Assembly: GCF_000142905.1 (NCBI RefSeq)
Contig: NW_013657677.1
Span: forward strand, 186,001 to 250,000
Direction of reading: 5' to 3'
DNA from: Thecamonas trahens ATCC 50062
Taxonomy: Eukaryota; Protista; Apusomonadida
Length of the DNA: 64,000 bases
Both the position numbers and the translations under genes were made by a program. Shown in pieces: positions 56,920 through 64,000 of this stretch. Numbering within the stretch: the stretch's first letter is position 1; each line of letters starts with the position of its first letter. The notes under the pieces are model-generated. The model searched no databases and was not told where the DNA came from. It worked only from the letters and a program-made list of their open reading frames with translations.

Positions 56920-57149
56920 TGTTGGGTTGAGATGTGTGTGGTGGCCTGAACGGTGAATGGTGTCCCGACGAGCAGTGGCGCCGTTTGACTGATGTGATTT
57001 GGGAGGATTGGGTGTGGGGGGTGTGGGGGGTGGAAGACAAAAAATTGTTGTCCCTCCAGCAGCATGTGCAACCTGTGCTCTTTTCTTGAGGTCGCTTTGC
57101 TTTTTCGCGTTGGGGCAAGTGCAACGATGTCAATAGAAGGTGGAGGCGG

Positions 57150-57192
57150 CGGTGGGCGTGGGCGTGGGCGTGGGCGTGGGCGTGGGCGTGAG
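57150..57192. repeat. (GGCGTG)n hexamer repeat in the divergent promoter region
   Basis: About 6 copies of gggcgt. Confidence 0.85.
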
Positions 57193-57229
57193 CATGAACA
57201 TCACTCTCGCAGCATCCACATAGACTACA

Positions 57230-57973
57230 ATGGCTGATACTAAGACTCCGACCCTCGCTGTGGTCACCGGCGCCTCGTCAGGCATCGGACGGGCGACTGC
57301 GCTGGCGCTGGCCAAGCAGGGCCGGCCGCTGCTGCTCGCACGTCGTGCCGACCGGCTGGCCGAGGTTCAGGCGGAGATCGGTGCCGAGGTGTGCGAGGTG
57401 GCGTCTGTGGATGTGACGGACAGGGAGGCTGTTGCGACGGCGGTAGAGGCGGCAGTTGCCAAGCACGGGCCGGTGGATGTGCTTGTCAACAATGCTGGGG
57501 TGATGAAGCTGGGCAAGGTTGCGAGCCAGGATCCGGCCGAGTGGAAGCTTATGCTCGACGTCAACCTCATGGGCCTGTTCAACGTCACGCACACGGTCCT
57601 TCCGTCGATGGTGGAGCGGAACGGCGGTACGATTGTCAACATCTCGTCGATTGCTGGCTTCAAGACCTTTGCCAACCACGCCGCGTACTGCGCCACCAAG
57701 TTTGGCGTCCACGGCTTTACCGAGACGCTCCGCGAGGAGGTGAGCGGCAAGAACGTCCGCATCTCGCTTGTCTCGCCGGGCGCGGTCTCGACCGAGCTCC
57801 TCTCGCACACCACCGACGAAGAGATCAAGGCCGGATACGAGGCGTGGAAGGAGGACATCGGCGGCGCCATCGAGGCCGTCAACGTGGCCGACTGCATCGC
57901 CATGATTGTCTCGCAGCCGCAGAACGTGTGCATCCGCGAGATCTCACTCGCCGCCACCAAGCAGGCCCCGTAA
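57230..57973 (+). CDS. Classical short-chain dehydrogenase/reductase (NADP-type, YdfG-like)
   Basis: TGASSGIG, ARR, VNNAG, NISSIAG, YCATK, SPGAVSTEL. Confidence 0.92.
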   Translation: MADTKTPTLAVVTGASSGIGRATALALAKQGRPLLLARRADRLAEVQAEIGAEVCEVASVDVTDREAVATAVEAAVAKHGPVDVLVNNAGVMKLGKVASQDPAEWKLMLDVNLMGLFNVTHTVLPSMVERNGGTIVNISSIAGFKTFANHAAYCATKFGVHGFTETLREEVSGKNVRISLVSPGAVSTELLSHTTDEEIKAGYEAWKEDIGGAIEAVNVADCIAMIVSQPQNVCIREISLAATKQAP

Positions 57974-58088
57974 GGTGGCAGTCACGGCTGCAGCACACTT
58001 TGTTTGTTAAAGCGCTGGTCGGCAAGGGGTGCGCGGGCAAACGAGAGGAGGTGCGTGTTACAGGTATCGACTTGCATGGGCAAAGACA

Positions 58089-60460
58089 TTAGTTGTGGAA
58101 CTTCTTGCCCGACTTGGCCATGTCGAGGAGCACCGGCGAAGGGTCCCAGTGCTCGGCACCGCCGTCCTCGTCCTTGAAACGAGCCATGAGCTCGACAAGG
58201 TTGTCGGCGCCAAAGACGTCGACAAAACGGAACGGGCCGCCGTAGAAGGGCGGGAAGCCGAGGCCAAAGACGGCACCGACGTCGCCATCGGTGGCCGAGT
58301 GGAGGATGCCCTCGTCGAGGCAGTGAACGGCCTCATTGACAAAGCGGGCAACAAGGCGGAGACCAAGGTCCTCGTCGGAGACGTCCTTGGACATGGTGGA
58401 GAGACCGGCGGGCTTGGCCGAGGTGAAGATCTTGACGGCGGCGTCGTTGACGGCGCGCGACTTGGACTTGCCGCCCTCGTAGATGAAGCAGCCCTTGCCG
58501 GCCTTGCGGCCGAGGTACTTGGCGTCGACCATGGCCTTGAGGGCGGCAACGCCGGCGTCGGCGTGCGGGCCGCCGACCCGCGTGGGGAAAGCCTTGGAGA
58601 GCGAGTCCGAGACGTGCATGCCGACGTCGAGGCCGACCTCGTCGGCAAGGGTGACAGCGCCGACGGGGAAGCCCATCTTCTTGGACGCGGTGTCGAGCTT
58701 CTTGAACTCAACGCCGCGCATGAGGAGGGCGATGGCCTCGGCGAGCATGGGCGCGAGGATGCGGGTGGTGTAGAAGCCTGGGCCGTCGCCGACGGCGATG
58801 ACGGTCTTGCCCTGGCGGAGGCCGACGTCGACGGCGGCGGCGGCGGTGGCGTCCGAAGTCTTGTCGGTGGTGATGATCTCGAGGAGCTGCATCTTGTCGA
58901 CGGGCGAGAAGTAGTGCATGCCGATGACCTTGGACGGGTCGCGCGAGGCGGTGGCAATGTCCTTGATGGGCAGCGCCGAGGTGTTCGAGGCAAAGATGGC
59001 ACCCTTCTTGAGCGAAGCCTCGGTCTCCTTGACGATCTTCTTCTTGAGATCGAGGTCCTCAAAGACGGCCTCGATGACGAGGTCGGTGTTGTCAAAGCCC
59101 GCGTAGTCGAGCTGCGGCGTGACGCGGGCCACAGCCCGGTTGGCCTCAAGCGATGTGGTCGCCTTTTTCTTGACCCGCTTGTCGAGGTTGCCCTGGATCT
59201 GGGCCATGCCGTTGGCAAGGCCCTGCTCGGACGCGTCCTTGAGGATGACGTTCATGCCCTTGACGGCCGAGACCTGAGCCACACCGGCGCCCATGAGGCC
59301 GGCGCCGAGGACGGCGACGTTGTTGATGGGCGCGTCGGGCGTGCCGAACCGGTTCTTCTTGCAGTGCTGCTGGGCAAAGAAGAGCGAGACAAGGCCCTTG
59401 GACTGGAAGGTCTGCGAGAGGCGGCCAAACTCGGAGGCCTCCTTGGCGAGGCCACGGACCATGCCCTCCTCGAGCCCGGCCTTGACCGTCTCGAGAATGG
59501 CAAGCGGCGCCGGATAGTTGCCCTGCGTCAGCTTCATGATCTTCTCGCGCGCCTTGTCGAGCACAAAGTTGCGGCCGGGCGCAAACTTCTCGGTGAGCAG
59601 CTGGGTGATGCCGCGGGTCGAGAGGAGCTTCGGCTCGCGCGAGGGATGCGGGCCGAGCCGTCGGCAAGTGCCGCGGCGCGGTCGACGGCGACCTTGCGCA
59701 GGTAGTTGAGCGTGTTGGTCTCGGCGTCGGCAACACCGTCGCCGAGCGCCTTGACCACGGCGTCGGCGAGACCGATGCGCTTGGCCTTGGACGGGCGGAC
59801 GTTGGCCCCCGTCGTCATCATGGTCACAGCCTCGATGAGGCCGACCAGACGCGGCAGACGCTGCGTTCCGCCGGCGCCCGGCAGTAGGCCGAGCATGACC
59901 TCGGGCAGGCCGAGAACCGTCCGCGGCGAGTCGGTGATCATGCGGTAGTCGCAGGCGAGGGCGACCTCGAGGCCGCCGCCGAGCGCCTCACCGTGGATGG
60001 CGGCCACGGTCGGCTTGCCGAGCGTCGCCAGCATGTCCAGCGCCTCCTGCCCGCCCTTGGCCTTGGCCTCCACTTCGGCCGCCGTCTCGGCCGCCGCAAG
60101 CATGTTGATGTCGGCGCCGGCGATAAAGGTCCCGGGCTTGCCCGAAATGACCACCGCAGCCTTGACAGCAGGGTCCGACTTAATTTTGCGGAGGGCCGAG
60201 GTGAACTCGCCCATGAGCGCATCGTTGAGCACGTTCTTCTTCGAGCCAGGCATGTCGAGGGTGAGAACAGCCACGCCGTTCTCCACGCTCACCTCGAGTG
60301 TCTGCTTCTTCGCCACCGCGCCAGCCTTATCAGCCGCAAAGACAGACGATGAGAGGCCACGCCAGCCGGCCACCACACCACCACCAGCTGCGGCAAGCTG
60401 AGCCACGCCAGGCATGGCACGGGCGGTCGGCACTAGCATAGAGGATGTCGCACGAAGCAT
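58089..60460 (-). CDS. HADHA: Mitochondrial trifunctional enzyme alpha subunit (enoyl-CoA hydratase / 3-hydroxyacyl-CoA dehydrogenase); frameshift at ~59644
   Basis: [91 protein letters not shown]; N-terminal presequence. Confidence 0.95.
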
Positions 60461-60844
60461 AGTTGCTAACGTGTCGTAGTTTGCGACGAGTGTGTCTTCC
60501 TCGTCCTCGTCTTGCTCTCGCTCTCCTCCTTGCCCTCCCTCGGCCAGCCGAGAGCGACTCCTCACTCCATCATTGGCTGCGGCTGACCGCTGGCTGCCGC
60601 CAGTACGCGACATTCGGCGAGCCGCTCGCTCGCTGCCACCAACTGTGACCACCCACGACCCACGATGGCCGATTAAAGACGGCGGCTGCCACCAGTAATT
60701 GCATCACTTGCATGAGGCTACGGTCCATCTCGGCAGTTGATGCGGCGCGGATAGCATTAATGGGGGGGGGGGGGAGGGGGGGGGGAAGGACGGTACGCTG
60801 CTTTTTGGGCACAGTGTCCAATCGCAACGTGGGGAGAGCGGAGC

Positions 60845-61646
60845 TTAGCAAAGCGACGAGCCAGATCCCCACTCGCAGGACGAGGCCGAGAGCGAGGCGT
60901 TGTTGTCGGCACGGAGCGATGGCGCGAGCGCAGCCTCGGTCGGGTGCGCGCCCATTGGCGACGCAGGCACCACCGACGCCTTTTGATTGTCGGCGTGATG
61001 CCCATCGACTCAAAGTAGTTGGATGGCTGGACCTTGCGCGGGCGCCGCGAGACAGGCGCTGGCGGCAGTTCGGGCATCGGTGGAACAGCCGGCTCGGGCA
61101 TCGGCTCGGGCTCGGCCAGTATCGGCGCTGAATGACCTGCGGCGACAATCGGTTCGCTGACGCCGACGGCCGCCGGGGAAAGGCTAGAGGAGTGTTCTCG
61201 GCGTCGACCTCGGCATCGACCTCGATCTCGCCGGTCCACTCGGACCACTCCTCAGCCGAGTGGGCAAGCTCGGCGTGGCCGGCAGGTGGCACCGCCAGCG
61301 CATCGGTGGGTTGGAGGATGACGGCAGCAGCAGAAGCAGCAGGCGCAACAGGAGCAACAGGAGCAGCAGGGGTAGGAGCAGCAGAAGCTGCTGCGGCAAC
61401 GGTAGGACGCATTGTACCTGCCGCAGGACTCGCACGCTCCACCATTGCTGTCCGCATAGTCCCGGCCTCCAGCGCCGAGTGGCTCATCGGCCCTACGCCC
61501 GCAGCCGAGCCCGACACAGCCGGCGAGGCTAGCGGCGACGCCGAGTGCGGAGACGTCGGTAGCGCCGAGCTCCCCGACTGTGCCACCCCCACAGCGCCCG
61601 GCAAGAGCGACTGCAGCTTGAGAAGAAGCAACTCCAGGCACCGCAT
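60845..61646 (-). CDS. Low-complexity protein with EBAG9/RCAS1-like motifs (two apparent frameshifts at ~61178 and ~60983)
   Basis: N-terminal amphipathic MRCLELLLLKLQSLL, then AEEWSEW and NYFESMGITPTIK, in the same order as remembered EBAG9 motifs (EEWTSW, DYFKDMTPTIRK). Ends are uncertain. Confidence 0.45.
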
Positions 61647-62117
61647 CTGTCGTTGCTCCTGGAGAGGTAGAGTGTAGAGTGGTAGGGTTGACTCCAGTCT
61701 CCACACCAGGGTGTTGCTCCCCCCCGTCCTCCCCCCTCCCCCCCCCCCTCCCCCCCCTTTCCTCCCCTCCACCTCCGCACGACTCGCGTCGATCCGCCCA
61801 TCTTCCCATCTCCGCCTCGATCATCCACACACACTCTCACACGCTCACTTTCTCTCTCTCACACACACATCCCCCCCTCCCCCCCTCTCCCTCCCCACAT
61901 CCCGCGTCCCATCCCCTATCCTCGTCGTGTTCGATCACACCGAGGGATCGACCACGCCGACAGATCGAACACACCGACGGATCGCTCGCTCGCCCGCTGA
62001 CGTGACCAAGCCTCCTCCCCATTCCCCCTCCCCCTCCCTCCCTCCCCCCCCTCCTACTCTTCGCCTCTTTGCTATCACTCCACTCTCGCACCTCACCCTT
62101 TGTGAGTGTGGTCAGAT

Positions 62118-64000
62118 ATGCAGAGCCTAGAGGTGGAACCACATGGCGCCGAGGACAAGGTCGGCAGGGCGGCGTTTGGGTCGTGGCGTGCCCAGAGCAG
62201 GTTCCTGGTCGGACATACCTGCGCCACGGTCTGCTCGTCCAAGCTCAACTACTGCTTGGGATTTTCGGCATGTATGTTGGTGGTCTTTGTCTCGGCGGTT
62301 GTCATGTCGGTCCTCTCTAATGCACCTGTCGTCTTTCTCCGCCTCTCTGAGGCAGAGGTGGGAGAGATTGATCTGCAGCTGGTCTCGGCGGGCTGGACTG
62401 GCGCATCGCTGCTCAACTACACCACAGTCAAGGAAGACTCGCTGAGCTCTGCCATCGGCGAAGCGTACACCTTTCACTCGCCACGAGTCAAGTTCCAGGC
62501 CGACATCATGGCCCTCTCCGACTGCCACCCACGTGCTGCTGCTGCCGCAGCTGCCAGCGCCCGCCATCCGTTTCCCTCGCAGTGGAGCTACGAGCCGAGC
62601 TCGCTCACCGCCCCAGTCTGCAACGACGAAGCCATCGAAGCCATCGATCCCGGGCGCAAGCCCGGGCCCGACGGCGTTGTCCGGCGCGATCCGGCCAAGA
62701 CCTGTCTCCAGGTCCTCTGCTCGTCCGAGTACACCCCGCTCACCCAGGCCTCTGTCTACGCCATTGACTCGGCGGCCGAGGTGCGGATGGGGCTTGGACG
62801 TGCGTACACCTTTGGCGTCATTCCGCCGTCGTCGGTCCTCCTCCACAAGAACCTCGCCACCATCCTCGGCGTGAGTGTTGGCGACACCACGTACGTCTCG
62901 CTCTCGGTCCGGACCCAGGCGCAGCCCAACTCGGTCTTCCGCCACTTTTTTCAGACTCTTGTCGACGACGACACCGCCGCCCGAGACGCCTTTCTCAACT
63001 CGACGGCGTACACCAACGCTTCGGAGCCGTGGACCTCGTCCGATCTCGCGAACGCCTTTCCCTACGCCGAGGGCAAGTACCGCCTCCCGTGGGCCTTCCG
63101 CATCAACCTCCCGCTCACCGTCGCCGGCATTCTCCCGTCGTCGCTCGGCAAGTTTGCGGCGTCAGACACACAAGCTGCGCTTGTCGAACTCGGCACACTT
63201 GCCACAGCGCTCGCTGACGCGCTCAACGCCAACACCACCGAGCTTCAGGATGTGCGCTCCATGCTGGGCGCCTCCAGCATGGCCGAGTTTGCGTCGGAGA
63301 TCAACGTCAACCTCCCGCCGCCGCGCATCGACCCGTACCTCTCGTCCGACTTTGACACCATCCAGAAGAACGTGCTTCGCTTCACGTCCAAGGTTGTCTA
63401 CGCGCTCGGCTTCAACCAACTCGACGCCGACGAGCCAATTGTTGAGAATCTGCGGGCAACTCGTTTCTTCTCGCTCTTCCTCGGCCTCATCCTCAACATT
63501 GTCATCTTTATTCTCTCGGGCCTTTCAGTTCTCCTCATTTACTCGCTGCTCATGGTCAATGTGGAGACGCGGACGTTCGAGATGGGCACCATGCGCATGC
63601 TCGGCATGACCAAGGCCGGTGTCGTCCAGCTCTTTCTCCTGCAGGCCTTTGCCTACGCCCTTCCCGCCTATGTCGTCGGCATGGGCGTCTCGCAGCTCGC
63701 CTTTTACCTCCTTGCCAACCTCTTCGAGTCGTCGACCGACGTCTCCATCTCGCCGTGGCTCTCGCCGGCAGGCATCATCCTCGCCACCGTCCTCGGTCTC
63801 ACCATTCCGGTCATTTCGGCACTGGCGCCCATCCGCACCGCCCTCGGCGTCTCGCTCGTCGCTGCTCTCCAGGTCTCCCGCTCCAAGCAGTCTGCGGTCA
63901 AGATCTCGCTCGAGCGCAACGAGGACGGCAAGGTCTCGTGGGCACTGGTTGTCACAGGCTCCACCCTTGCTGTCTTTGGCTTCCTCGTCTACTACCTCCT
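62118..64000 (+). CDS. FtsX-like / ABC3 permease family large membrane protein (runs off the window end)
   Basis: Read manually, open to the window end: NYCLGFSACMLVVFV...APVVFLRLSEAEVGEIDL...LSVLLIYSLLMVNVETRTFEMGTMRMLGMTK. It is absent from the ORF track because no stop is reached. Confidence 0.88.
   Translation, partial: MQSLEVEPHGAEDKVGRAAFGSWRAQSRFLVGHTCATVCSSKLNYCLGFSACMLVVFVSAVVMSVLSNAPVVFLRLSEAEVGEIDLQLVSAGWTGASLLNYTTVKEDSLSSAIGEAYTFHSPRVKFQADIMALSDCHPRAAAAAAASARHPFPSQWSYEPSSLTAPVCNDEAIEAIDPGRKPGPDGVVRRDPAKTCLQVLCSSEYTPLTQASVYAIDSAAEVRMGLGRAYTFGVIPPSSVLLHKNLATILGVSVGDTTYVSLSVRTQAQPNSVFRHFFQTLVDDDTAARDAFLNSTAYTNASEPWTSSDLANAFPYAEGKYRLPWAFRINLPLTVAGILPSSLGKFAASDTQAALVELGTLATALADALNANTTELQDVRSMLGASSMAEFASEINVNLPPPRIDPYLSSDFDTIQKNVLRFTSKVVYALGFNQLDADEPIVENLRATRFFSLFLGLILNIVIFILSGLSVLLIYSLLMVNVETRTFEMGTMRMLGMTKAGVVQLFLLQAFAYALPAYVVGMGVSQLAFYLLANLFESSTDVSISPWLSPAGIILATVLGLTIPVISALAPIRTALGVSLVAALQVSRSKQSAVKISLERNEDGKVSWALVVTGSTLAVFGFLVYYL

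Noticed and set aside
58029-59705. 558-aa plus-strand ORF, and similarly 24050-25678, 6978-8021, 28981-30030 and 36878-37804
   Set aside because: Antisense shadows of HADHA, DBT, V-ATPase d, ribokinase and UPRT.
162-60460. Pseudogene status for the frameshifted genes
   Set aside because: They have no in-frame stops or decay of catalytic motifs, and single-base fixes restore full-length essential proteins.

Overview
Gene-dense, GC-rich eukaryotic nuclear DNA with few GT-AG introns (donor usually GTACG). It comes from a flagellated protist on the amorphean/opisthokont side of the tree; the gene content and style suggest an apusomonad such as Thecamonas, but that is inference only. About 29 protein-coding genes are supported: centriolin, V-ATPase subunit d, importin-5, lipoate ligase, an F-box/beta-propeller/BRCT protein, a repeat multipass membrane protein, UNC119, a FAM166-like axonemal protein, a RUN + Rubicon-homology protein, BCKDH E2 (DBT), a WW-WW-repeat-PhyH dioxygenase, a two-exon PET100 not recovered intact by the ORF track, ribokinase, Elongin A, site-1 protease, Trm44, UPRT, TMEM230, CFAP44, a class II aldolase/adducin-head protein, a vitamin-K-dependent carboxylase homologue, a ZZx3-GNAT protein, Nit1, a PH-USP deubiquitinase, a ~983-aa protein ending in TRAP-delta, an SDR, HADHA, an EBAG9-like protein and a 3'-truncated FtsX-like permease. 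About a dozen single-base frameshifts, mostly at short homopolymers, break otherwise intact genes and are most likely assembly errors. The most striking item is the giant TRAP-delta whose ~800-aa luminal extension resembles ribophorin-II (a possible TRAP-OST 'Rosetta stone' fusion). Several other unusual domain fusions are reported. No rRNA, tRNA, CRISPR array or mobile element was recognised. All family assignments come from motif recognition by eye, not database searches.
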